Of a DNA stretch of 58,542 nucleotides, positions 1-8,229 are shown piece after piece; within the stretch, counting starts at the first letter, position 1, and each line of letters opens with the position of its first letter. The notes below the pieces were generated by a model. That model was not told where the DNA came from, did not search any database, and saw nothing but the letters and a program-made list of their open reading frames with translations. Source of the stretch: Bacillales bacterium UBA3620 (GTDB lineage Bacteria; Bacillota_I; Bacilli_A; RF39; UBA660); assembly GCA_002375205.1 (NCBI GenBank), contig DFLL01000017.1:474-59015 (forward strand). The letters run 5' to 3'. A program made the translations under genes and the position numbers.

Positions 1-43
1 TAAATACTTCTTTTTCTCTTTTAGTTAATATACTACTATTCAT
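1..43 (-). CDS. 5' end of a LuxR/GerE-type HTH regulator gene running off the left edge (partial)
   Basis: Minus-strand ATG at 43..41 follows a GTGAGG Shine-Dalgarno-like motif. The translated start MNSSILTKREKEVF resembles the LTxREREVF helix of GerE/LuxR HTH proteins. Only 14 codons are visible. Confidence 0.35.
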   Translation of the reverse strand, partial: MNSSILTKREKEVF

Positions 44-129
44 AAATACCTCACTTCCCTATAGGGCGAATTATGTTTTCATAATATTCTATTCCAAGTT
101 TAACATTTAGTGAAGTATTTTTTCCTATA

Positions 130-609
130 TTAATTATATTTAACAGAAATATACATTTTATTATCAAATTCACTCTGTACTAATCTCATAATATTATTTG
201 CATTACTCGTACTAGCATCATCAGAATCAAGTACTACTCTAACATTATCACCATCAATCTTAACAAAGTTCTCACAATTACAAGAATCCTTAATTTTATT
301 TTCCAACGTTTCTTCTTTAGAAGAACTTCTATTTAAAGACTTAAGCTGTTCAAAAAGAGCATTCTTTTCATCAGAAGAAATATCTTTACTAGTAAGTTTA
401 TTCTTGATATCATTAATTTCTTTAACAACAAGAGCATCATCCTCCAACTTCATACTAGAAATAACACTGACATCTTTAATATTAATATTTTCGCTATCCA
501 CAACCGTATCAGTATTAAAAACATCACTAGGCATTGTTACATAATAGATGGATAATACTAGTACCAAACTAAATAGAGTTAAAAACCATAAATTCTTTTT
601 ATTAATCAT
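130..609 (-). CDS. spoIIIAH: stage III sporulation protein AH-like, N-terminally membrane-anchored
   Basis: The N-terminus MINKKNLWFLTLFSLVLVLSIYYVTMPS parallels B. subtilis SpoIIIAH (MLKKQTVWLLTMLSLVVVLSVYYIMSP, from memory). The C-terminal segment (ETLENKIK...IDGDNVRVVL...NNIMRLV) aligns with the YscJ/FliF-like end of SpoIIIAH. Confidence 0.75.
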   Translation of the reverse strand: MINKKNLWFLTLFSLVLVLSIYYVTMPSDVFNTDTVVDSENINIKDVSVISSMKLEDDALVVKEINDIKNKLTSKDISSDEKNALFEQLKSLNRSSSKEETLENKIKDSCNCENFVKIDGDNVRVVLDSDDASTSNANNIMRLVQSEFDNKMYISVKYN

Positions 610-668
610 TATATATTCCTCTTTTCTAATTAATTATATTAAAGAAAAGAAAAAACAGAACAATATTC

Positions 669-2849
669 TTATATTTTTATCGGATCAAAATCTAATTCCA
701 CATTAATCTTATTATTTTTCTTAAACATCTCATCAATAAATTTAAGACAATTAATTAAATTATTATCTAAGCGATACTTTATAATTATTTGATAATGAAA
801 AATATTATCAATCTTAAATACACTTGCCATAGAAGGACCCAATATTATTGTTTCATTGCTTAAATTACTCTTTAAATAAGAACCAATTTTATTAGATTCC
901 TTAAAACCTAAATCATAATCTCTTGAAGATATTCCCACCACTACCATATAGTAATAAGGAGAATATTTAAGAAGTTTTCGCATTTTCATTTCTTCTTTAT
1001 AAAAAGATAAATAATCATGATTCTTAGAAAGAACAATACTATAATGTTCTGGATTATAAGTCTGAATAATAACTTCTCCTTTAGACTCACTTCTGCCAGC
1101 TCTTCCAGATACTTGACATAATAATTGAAAAGTATTTTCGCTTGCTCTAAAATCAGGAGTACTCAAAGTAGAATCTGCCGATACCACTCCCACTAAAGTA
1201 ACATCCGGAAAATCTAATCCCTTAGCAATCATCTGTGTACCAATTAATATATCATAATCGTGATTACCAAAAGCATCAATAATTCTCTCATGCTCCCCCT
1301 TTTTACTTGTAGTATCAATATCCATTCTAATTATCCTAGCATTATATAATTTATGTAGTTCTTCTTCTAACTTTTCAGTACCAAGACCATAATCTTTAAT
1401 ATTAGTACTACCACAATTACTACAACTATTCATAAGAGGCTTAGAAGTACCACAGTAATGACACTTTAAATTATTACTAGTTTTATGATAAGTATAAGAT
1501 ATATCACACTTAGGGCACTTCTCCGTGTATCCACAATCCTTACAAGTAATAATATTAGAGTATCCCCTTCTATTTAATAATAGTATTATTTGTTCTCCTT
1601 TATCTAACTTTTCCTTAATCTTATCTTTTAATATACTAGATAAGATAAAGTTCCCTTTCTTAACTTCATCTTTCATGTCAACAATTTGAACACTAGGTAA
1701 AGTACTACTACCAGGTCTTTTATTTAAAGTAAGAAGATTATATACCTTATTACCTGCTCTCGCAAAAGACTCTAAACTAGGCGTAGCACTACCAAGTACA
1801 ACTGGACACTTATGATAATTACTTCTCCATAGAGCAATTGTCTTTGCATTATATCTTGGATGACTTTCTTGCTTATATGATGAAGTGTGCTCTTCGTCAA
1901 TAATAATAACTCCAATATTCTTAAAAGGTACAAAGATAGCACTCCGAGTACCAATTACAATCTTTGATTTACCTTCGGTAATCTTTCGATATTCATCATA
2001 CCTTTCACTATCCGATAATCTCGAATGAAGTACTGATATAACATCTCCAAATCTCGATATAAATTTACCTACTATCTGAGGAGTCAAACTAATTTCAGGT
2101 ACTAGCATAATAGCTTCTTTACCATTTTTTATAGTCTCTTCTATTACACTCATATATACTTCTGTTTTACCACTACCAGTTACTCCATATAATAAAAATG
2201 TTTCACTCTTACCAAAAGAAGATATTATTTTATTCTTAACATTTTCTTGTTCACTAGTTAAAGTAACCCTCTTATAATTAGATAATCCTGTATAATTATA
2301 TCTTTTTTCTTCAATATTAATTATTTCTCCCAATCCATGTTTAATAATTGTATTAATAGTACTAGACATCTTACTAATTAATACGTCTCCTTCTTTTAGT
2401 TTACAAAGTAAATTAATCTGCCCTTCATATTTACAATTCTTAATATAATTATCAATCTCTTCAATACTCTTATTTCTTCTTAAATACCTATTATATTTAA
2501 TCTTAATCTCCGTACCAGCTTTAGCTTTTAAAGCTTTAGGAAGCATTACCTGATATGCACTAACTTTAGAACATAATAAACTATCACTCATATATTTACC
2601 AAGTTCTATCATTTCTTTATTAAGAACAGGTTCTTTATCAATAACCGAAGTTATATCTTTAATCTTATCTTTATCATAATTAGTATTATTCTTAATATTA
2701 ATAACAAATCCCTCTAAATTCATCTTACCAAAAGGAATACCAACTCTTATACCTATTTTAATATTACCTTCTAATTCTTTAGGTACTCTATACTCAAAAA
2801 CATTATCAACTGCTTTAGCACCAATCTCACAAAGTACATCTATATACAT
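669..2849 (-). CDS. priA: primosomal protein N' (replication restart helicase PriA)
   Basis: 726 aa. It has Walker A GVTGSGKTEVY, a DEEH box, paired CxxC zinc-binding motifs (CKDCGY..CPKCD, CHYCG..CSNCG) and a C-terminal helicase motif (GRAGR). Confidence 0.95.
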   Translation of the reverse strand: MYIDVLCEIGAKAVDNVFEYRVPKELEGNIKIGIRVGIPFGKMNLEGFVINIKNNTNYDKDKIKDITSVIDKEPVLNKEMIELGKYMSDSLLCSKVSAYQVMLPKALKAKAGTEIKIKYNRYLRRNKSIEEIDNYIKNCKYEGQINLLCKLKEGDVLISKMSSTINTIIKHGLGEIINIEEKRYNYTGLSNYKRVTLTSEQENVKNKIISSFGKSETFLLYGVTGSGKTEVYMSVIEETIKNGKEAIMLVPEISLTPQIVGKFISRFGDVISVLHSRLSDSERYDEYRKITEGKSKIVIGTRSAIFVPFKNIGVIIIDEEHTSSYKQESHPRYNAKTIALWRSNYHKCPVVLGSATPSLESFARAGNKVYNLLTLNKRPGSSTLPSVQIVDMKDEVKKGNFILSSILKDKIKEKLDKGEQIILLLNRRGYSNIITCKDCGYTEKCPKCDISYTYHKTSNNLKCHYCGTSKPLMNSCSNCGSTNIKDYGLGTEKLEEELHKLYNARIIRMDIDTTSKKGEHERIIDAFGNHDYDILIGTQMIAKGLDFPDVTLVGVVSADSTLSTPDFRASENTFQLLCQVSGRAGRSESKGEVIIQTYNPEHYSIVLSKNHDYLSFYKEEMKMRKLLKYSPYYYMVVVGISSRDYDLGFKESNKIGSYLKSNLSNETIILGPSMASVFKIDNIFHYQIIIKYRLDNNLINCLKFIDEMFKKNNKINVELDFDPIKI

Positions 2850-2861
2850 ACAATCGCCCCT

Positions 2862-3338
2862 TTATACTAAAATATTTTTTTCTTCTTCCATTATCTCTTT
2901 AATTCTATCAATATCTGTAAAGAATAAATCTAAGCCATTTTCTTTTAGTGATAACATATATTTAAAATTATCAACTATTTCTTTTTCAACAGAAGTAGAA
3001 ACTCTTATCTGTTTACCTTCAATCGTATGGATATTTTTTATATATTTTTTTAATGTAGGAAATGCATTCTGAATTAAAATAACTTCTTCAAGCCCTGAAA
3101 TATTTCTTATTAATATGGTTCTGCAATTACCATATTTATTTATTTTATGTTTAATTATTTTTTTATATTTATCTATTTTAGAACTAAGTGGTATAAACCA
3201 TAAAATATCTCTATCATTAATAGCTAAATAAGAAGGTCTTGACTTACCATTATCATGATTAATCATAATACTTTTCTCATTTATTTTTTCAAAAAATTCA
3301 TCTTTAATATGATATAAGTAACCAGTTTTAACTTCCAT
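2862..3338 (-). CDS. type III toxin-antitoxin system toxin, ToxN/AbiQ/CptN-like endoribonuclease
   Basis: About 158-165 aa. The pattern YLYHIKDEFFEKI...SRPSYLAIND..LWFIPLSSKIDKYKK fits the ToxN/AbiQ N-terminal signature (FY.I...Y...L......RPY.GI......YF.PLSSPK.KH). It sits directly downstream of tandem RNA-type repeats plus a terminator. Start chosen at M8 (ATG 3338, GGTGA 6 nt upstream). The ORF-track start at 3359 is the alternative. Confidence 0.7.
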   Translation of the reverse strand: MEVKTGYLYHIKDEFFEKINEKSIMINHDNGKSRPSYLAINDRDILWFIPLSSKIDKYKKIIKHKINKYGNCRTILIRNISGLEEVILIQNAFPTLKKYIKNIHTIEGKQIRVSTSVEKEIVDNFKYMLSLKENGLDLFFTDIDRIKEIMEEEKNILV

Positions 3339-3368
3339 TTCCTTATCACCAATCCTCATTTAATATTT

Positions 3369-3397
3369 ATTATATATAATTGAAAGAATAAAGTCAA
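3369..3397 (-). promoter_or_regulatory. sigma-A-type promoter immediately upstream of the toxin ORF (TTGACT-17 nt-TATAAT)
   Basis: On the minus strand, TTGACT (plus 3392-3397) is followed by a 17-nt spacer and TATAAT (plus 3369-3374). It lies between the terminator hairpin and the toxin start. Confidence 0.45.
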
Positions 3398-3440
3398 GAA
3401 ATATTTTACCATTTATAAACAAATGTTTGCTATGTTTTTG

Positions 3441-3474
3441 TAAAAAGAAAAAGTTCTTATAAAATAAGAACTTT
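3441..3474 (-). terminator. rho-independent terminator between repeat RNA and toxin gene
   Basis: 11-bp perfect stem (aaagttcttat / ataagaacttt, plus 3450-3460 and 3464-3474). On the minus strand it is followed by TTCTTTTT. Confidence 0.6.
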
Positions 3475-3480
3475 AAGGCA

Positions 3481-3582
3481 TTTACAACCAGGATCATTTA
3501 TTGCTCGCACCACCTGGAAGCGATTAACATTTCTCGACCGGGATCATTTATTGCTCGCACCACCCGAAAGCGATTAACATTT
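3481..3582 (-). ncRNA. two tandem 50-nt direct repeats, candidate type III antitoxin RNA (ToxI/CptI-like)
   Basis: 3481-3530 and 3531-3580 are 44/50 identical, with a shared core ggatcatttattgctcgcaccacc.g.aagcgattaacat. The region is locally far more GC-rich than the surrounding spacer. Each unit can form a CCAGG/CCUGG stem, and the second copy carries an A-U to G-C compensatory change. The position matches toxI relative to toxN. Confidence 0.6.
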
Positions 3583-3610
3583 AATGCCTTGTCTTAATAA
3601 AGACACCTAT

Positions 3611-3639
3611 AATATACACCATAATTTATTAAAAGTCAA
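3611..3639 (-). promoter_or_regulatory. sigma-A-type promoter for the repeat RNA (TTGACT-17 nt-TATATT)
   Basis: On the minus strand, TTGACT (plus 3634-3639) is followed by a 17-nt spacer and TATATT (plus 3611-3616). The predicted start is about 20 nt before the first repeat. Confidence 0.5.
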
Positions 3640-3641
3640 TA

Positions 3642-4019
3642 CTATATCCATTTACTGACTACTATATTTCTAACTCTTTCATCCTCAAAATTATCATCAT
3701 ATTTAATAATCTTTCTGATTAATTTATTTGTCTTTTTATAACTATTTAAATCTATATCATGAATATTAATAATACTCTTTAATCCCTTCCTATAATTATA
3801 ATCACTTACATACTTATACATACAACTATCAATTAACTTAATCTTATCTTCATCTTTATAACTAAAAACATAATCTTTATAAAAGTCAATTAATTCAAAA
3901 GATATAATATCATCATCTTCATAATTAATAATATCATCATAATACCTACAAAAACTAAGTACCTTCCTTACATTATCCATATCAATAGTATGTATCATAA
4001 TTATCTCCTTTATATTCAA
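3642..4019 (-). CDS. hypothetical protein (125 aa, acidic, no recognised motif)
   Basis: Long open frame in AT-rich DNA, co-oriented with its neighbours. No family recognised. Confidence 0.55.
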   Translation of the reverse strand: MNIKEIIMIHTIDMDNVRKVLSFCRYYDDIINYEDDDIISFELIDFYKDYVFSYKDEDKIKLIDSCMYKYVSDYNYRKGLKSIINIHDIDLNSYKKTNKLIRKIIKYDDNFEDERVRNIVVSKWI

Positions 4020-4036
4020 TTAAATTATAAATAAAA

Positions 4037-4057
4037 GAAAAAAGCCTGTAAAGGCTT
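4037..4057 (-). terminator. rho-independent terminator after the 575-aa gene
   Basis: The minus strand reads aaagcctttacaggcttttttc, a stem agcct/aggct followed by a T-run. Confidence 0.5.
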
Positions 4058-4066
4058 TCGACAAAA

Positions 4067-5794
4067 CTAGATATTTTTAACTCTAACTTTATATTCATTA
4101 ATATTTATTTCACTATCTAATTCTATTTCTAATTTAGATAATCTACTATAAGTATTTATAAGTAACCCAAATATCTCTTCATTACTTAAATTATAATCAA
4201 TATCAAGATTTAATATCTTATTCATTTCTTCTAAATAATATGAATAATAATTTCTATCTATATTAACTTTATTATTAATACTTTCGATAATACTATAAAT
4301 ACTATTTAAATATATACTAACAACTTTATTCTTACTTTCACTATATATACCATTAATATTATCATTAATACCAGTTACTATTTCACTAATTAAATCTTTT
4401 CTATTAACATAATGACTAAGTTTTATTAATGTATTATGTATTTCTTTTCTTAAATTTAACTCAAATTCATCTATAGTATTATATTTCAAACTCTTAATAC
4501 TACATTCACTAAATATATGAATAGAATCTAAAAACCCAAGTATATCAGCACTATTAGAATCTAAAATATTTATCAATTCTTTCTTTATTTCTTCTCTTTC
4601 TTTATCATCAATAAAAGGAAGAATAACTTCACTGATTAATTTAAAATCTTTATATAAATCACTATCCATTTCAGTAGTAGAAGTTCCTTCCAGTAAATGT
4701 CTTAAAGAATTAATAATATTAACCATATCTAAATATTTTTGATTATCTTCATAATTCTTTTTTAATTTATCTAAGATAATATCTAACTTAATAATTAAAT
4801 TGTTATATAATACTTCTCTATTAGATACTTCTAAGTTAATAATTTTATTTCTTATAGAAGTATTAATTAATTCTAATTTATTATTATAATCACTTACTAT
4901 ATCATTAACTATCTTATTAACATCTTCTTTACCATGATAATATGATAAATAATAATTAATATCTTCAAGTATCTTATCTACTTCACCAGTTTTACTTTCT
5001 AATAATTTAACTTCTTCTTTAGGCTTATCCACTACTCTTTTATTATCTACTTCTTGTTGTATTTCTTTTGCTAATATTTTTAAATAATCTTTTATTTTAT
5101 CAAATGGAATACCACCATATAATATTTTTTCTGATACAAGAAGTTTCTTTTTTCTATCATAAATCCATTTAATAGGTTCTACTTTTATCCAAACATAATC
5201 TCCTTTGTTATAATTTCCTTTAGGGCATAAAAAATCTTCCTTAACTAATGCTCTAACGTATCTCTCTTTATTATAGATATATTCTTCATCACCATTATAA
5301 GAGTTACCTGTTTTTATAAGTTTGGTCGAGTCTTTTATCTTATACAAACTATTTAATACGTCATCAATAGAATTAGAACAAAATTCTTGAGGGTAATAAC
5401 CATATAATAGGTAATAATTATAATCAGTAACCTGCTTATCAATAGGAAGTTCTAAGTCTTCAATGTCTCTAATAGAAAATACAGGTCTTATACCCAAAGA
5501 ACTACTATCTATATCTGACGGACTCAAAATATTGCCGCAATTATCGACAGAATTAAAAAAATATATATTATTACCTAATGAGTAAGTATAAGAAATAGGA
5601 TCATCAATGATATAACATTTATTATATTTAGTATTTATACAAGTATACGCCGTAGTATCAGCAGAACATCTACCTATTTTTTTAAATATACTTAATTTAT
5701 GTCTTCCCTCTATTTCCTTTTTTGTTAAAAATCTAAGATTAATAACTCTTTCTCTTTCTTCTTGTGGAGGCAATAAATAATTAGAATTAACCAT
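4067..5794 (-). CDS. hypothetical 575-aa protein with an N-terminal DUF6273-like module and a long helical C-terminal region
   Basis: The N-terminal third contains ...SSLGIRPVFSI... and ...YVWIKVEPIKWIYDRKKKLLVSEKILYGGIPFD. These resemble the GVRPA and W-x-VL repeats of DUF6273-type domains. No signal peptide. The C-terminal 340 aa or so are Asn/Ile/Lys-rich and helical. Confidence 0.55.
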   Translation of the reverse strand: MVNSNYLLPPQEERERVINLRFLTKKEIEGRHKLSIFKKIGRCSADTTAYTCINTKYNKCYIIDDPISYTYSLGNNIYFFNSVDNCGNILSPSDIDSSSLGIRPVFSIRDIEDLELPIDKQVTDYNYYLLYGYYPQEFCSNSIDDVLNSLYKIKDSTKLIKTGNSYNGDEEYIYNKERYVRALVKEDFLCPKGNYNKGDYVWIKVEPIKWIYDRKKKLLVSEKILYGGIPFDKIKDYLKILAKEIQQEVDNKRVVDKPKEEVKLLESKTGEVDKILEDINYYLSYYHGKEDVNKIVNDIVSDYNNKLELINTSIRNKIINLEVSNREVLYNNLIIKLDIILDKLKKNYEDNQKYLDMVNIINSLRHLLEGTSTTEMDSDLYKDFKLISEVILPFIDDKEREEIKKELINILDSNSADILGFLDSIHIFSECSIKSLKYNTIDEFELNLRKEIHNTLIKLSHYVNRKDLISEIVTGINDNINGIYSESKNKVVSIYLNSIYSIIESINNKVNIDRNYYSYYLEEMNKILNLDIDYNLSNEEIFGLLINTYSRLSKLEIELDSEININEYKVRVKNI

Positions 5795-5860
5795 AATAAT
5801 CCCCTTTCATAAATTGATAGTTATTATATAATAAAATTATATTATTTGCAAGGTGATTAT

Positions 5861-6325
5861 TTAAGAATTAATTCTTCTATCTTTAGTATTTTCATTAGTC
5901 TGAAGCGATAATTTAAGAACATCGTCATAACTCACTAAATTATTATTATTCTCGATAATATAATCTTTCATTTTCTTAAATATTCTAATTAATGCCTTAC
6001 TCTGTATAGTAGCCTTTTCACCTTTTAATACAGTCATTAACATATATATACCTTGCTCGGTAAAAGCGTAAGGAAGTTTTCTTCTTCCACCCCAACTTGA
6101 TGTGGATTTTTTGAACATCAAGTTTTTAAATTCTTCTTCAGTTAACTGAAACATAAAATCACTATCAAATTTATTCATATTATTTTTTACTTGCTTGTTA
6201 AAATCTCTAGTCGCATATCCATATATTTCAGCAAGGTCGCTATCTATCATAACCTCTTTACCACGTATAATATATATTTTATTCCTAATACTTTTCTCAT
6301 CTATTAATGCTATATCATTTTTCAT
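5861..6325 (-). CDS. ORF6N domain-containing protein (KilA-N-related DNA-binding)
   Basis: IRNKIYIIRGKEVMIDSDLAEIYGYATRDFNKQVKNNMNKF..DFMFQLTEEEF..L......SSWGGRRKLPYAFTEQGIYMLMTVL is the typical ORF6N signature. Confidence 0.85.
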   Translation of the reverse strand: MKNDIALIDEKSIRNKIYIIRGKEVMIDSDLAEIYGYATRDFNKQVKNNMNKFDSDFMFQLTEEEFKNLMFKKSTSSWGGRRKLPYAFTEQGIYMLMTVLKGEKATIQSKALIRIFKKMKDYIIENNNNLVSYDDVLKLSLQTNENTKDRRINS

Positions 6326-6490
6326 ATTCTACTCCTTTCATATTTTATTTTTTTAAAAAGATTTTTGCGGTGAATTTTTTGCACCTCAAACATATCCTCT
6401 TTTTATTGTTGTAATCTCTATACTATCATAAATAGAAAATATTTCAAGGAGTTATGTAAAAAACATAAAAAAAATAACAACTAGATAAAT

Positions 6491-7270
6491 CTAATTATTA
6501 TTTAATAAATCTTCAAGTTCATCTTTTGTATAAATAAAATCCTTAATAGTATTAAAGTAGTGTTCTTGCTCTTTTTTGCAAAACTCTAATAAATCATTAT
6601 AATTACTATTTACTTGGGCACTATTTAATGCTTTATAGTATTCACCTTTTAATTCATCTTCAATTATAAATGGAAATATGTTATTTTTTATACATTCTTT
6701 AAACATAATAATACGACCAGTTCTACCATTACCATCTTGAAAAGGATGGATTTTTTCATATTTAGCATGAAATTCTACAATATCAAATAAATTATGGTTT
6801 TCTTTTAAATTATATTCATCAAGTAATTCTTTCATCTTATCTTCAACTTCTAAAGGAGAAGCTACTTTTATATTTGACACAGTATTGGCTCTTTTTTTAT
6901 AATCACCAATTGCGTAGCCATTTGCTTTATCTTCAAAAACACCAGATTTTAAATCATAATGATAACTTTTTATTAATTCTTCAGATAATTCTTCATTATA
7001 TGTTTTTAACATATTATTAAACATAATAAAATGCCCATTAGCTTCTTCTACATCTTTTGATCTTACTGCCATTCCATCATTAATAATTGTTCCTGTTTCA
7101 AAAAGTGATGCAGTCTGATATTCTGTTAGGGTACTACCTTCTATTCTATTTGAATTATATGTTAATTTTCTTTGCGTATATCCATAAACACCACTTCGAT
7201 CATTTTTATCATATTCTATTTTAAGTCTATTAATTAAATCACCAATGATTTTTTTATTATCATAATTCAT
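6491..7270 (-). CDS. Fic family protein (class II, N-terminal inhibitory helix)
   Basis: Fic active-site motif HPFQDGNGRTGR. N-terminal SNRIEG matches the (S/T)xxxE(G/N) auto-inhibition motif. Strong RBS (AGGAGGG). Confidence 0.9.
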   Translation of the reverse strand: MNYDNKKIIGDLINRLKIEYDKNDRSGVYGYTQRKLTYNSNRIEGSTLTEYQTASLFETGTIINDGMAVRSKDVEEANGHFIMFNNMLKTYNEELSEELIKSYHYDLKSGVFEDKANGYAIGDYKKRANTVSNIKVASPLEVEDKMKELLDEYNLKENHNLFDIVEFHAKYEKIHPFQDGNGRTGRIIMFKECIKNNIFPFIIEDELKGEYYKALNSAQVNSNYNDLLEFCKKEQEHYFNTIKDFIYTKDELEDLLNNN

Positions 7271-7475
7271 AAAATATCCCTCCTATTGGTTTTCTATATA
7301 AATTATAACATTTTTATCTTCTAGTATCAATATTTACATATATCTAAAAAATATTTTCTAAAAATATATTCATTATAATATACATCTTAAATAGAAATTA
7401 CATCTAATAATAAAATATATATACCTATGTTTCTTTTCGAAGAAAAGAAGTGAAAATAAAAAAATAAGTTTACAT

Positions 7476-7685
7476 TTACATAAACTTATTCATTTGTTTC
7501 ATCATTTGATTAACTTGTTTCTGTGAAGGAGTTCTTCCCATCTGACTCATCATTGTCTTTATCATTTGCTCGTTAATAGGAGGATTCTTCTTAAGTTCTT
7601 TCTTCATTAACTTTCTAGCAATAAAGAAACCAAGAACTAATCCTACGATTAAACCAAGTACTACATATAATATATCCCAAAGCAT
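7476..7685 (-). CDS. yneF: UPF0154/YneF family small membrane protein
   Basis: 69 aa. An N-terminal TM segment is followed by [31 protein letters not shown], characteristic of the YneF family. Confidence 0.85.
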   Translation of the reverse strand: MLWDILYVVLGLIVGLVLGFFIARKLMKKELKKNPPINEQMIKTMMSQMGRTPSQKQVNQMMKQMNKFM

Positions 7686-7708
7686 ATTCTTATTTCCTCC
7701 TTGTAATA

Positions 7709-8146
7709 TTATTTTACTATGGAATACTCTTTTTGTAAAGAATTTAATTTCGATAACCAGAAATAATCCTTATTCTCAAAATCACATACAAATAAATTAG
7801 TATTATAACTTTTAATATCATCAAAAAAGATACTATAATTACTATCAGTTTCTATCTTAATATTATAATTATTAATTCTAAGAGTAGTCTTCTCATCAGT
7901 ATTAAGTATATGAATATTATCTCTTCTTTTATATCCATATTTTAATTTGTACTCATAATAAATATATTCATTAAGCATTATTTTATTAAAAGGAAGTGCT
8001 ACTTCTTCCATTACTCTAAAAGTTTTAATATTATCATAATCCCTAGAATAATATATTTCTTCAAATATCTTATACATCTTAAAAGGATTATTCTTATACA
8101 TATACTTAAAATATTTATTAACATTAAAAATGTAGTATGTTCTCAT
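7709..8146 (-). CDS. hypothetical protein (145 aa)
   Basis: Open frame only. No motif recognised. Confidence 0.5.
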   Translation of the reverse strand: MRTYYIFNVNKYFKYMYKNNPFKMYKIFEEIYYSRDYDNIKTFRVMEEVALPFNKIMLNEYIYYEYKLKYGYKRRDNIHILNTDEKTTLRINNYNIKIETDSNYSIFFDDIKSYNTNLFVCDFENKDYFWLSKLNSLQKEYSIVK

Positions 8147-8229
8147 ATTATTTAGTCACCTAAATAACAATACCATACTACATCTAAAAAAATTGTCGAA
8201 ATAATAAAGTATACTTATATTTATATTTA

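Noticed and set aside
3481-3582. The 50-nt repeats as a mini CRISPR array or a tRNA-like element (gcaccacc resembles an acceptor end)
   Set aside because: The two copies are directly contiguous with no spacers, and no cas genes are present. No cloverleaf can be drawn. The context (promoter, terminator, ToxN-like ORF) fits a type III antitoxin far better.
7429-7447. 8-bp hairpin (ttcttttc gaa gaaaagaa) downstream of yneF as an intrinsic terminator
   Set aside because: On the coding (minus) strand the T-run precedes rather than follows the stem, so it does not have terminator geometry. Any function is unclear.
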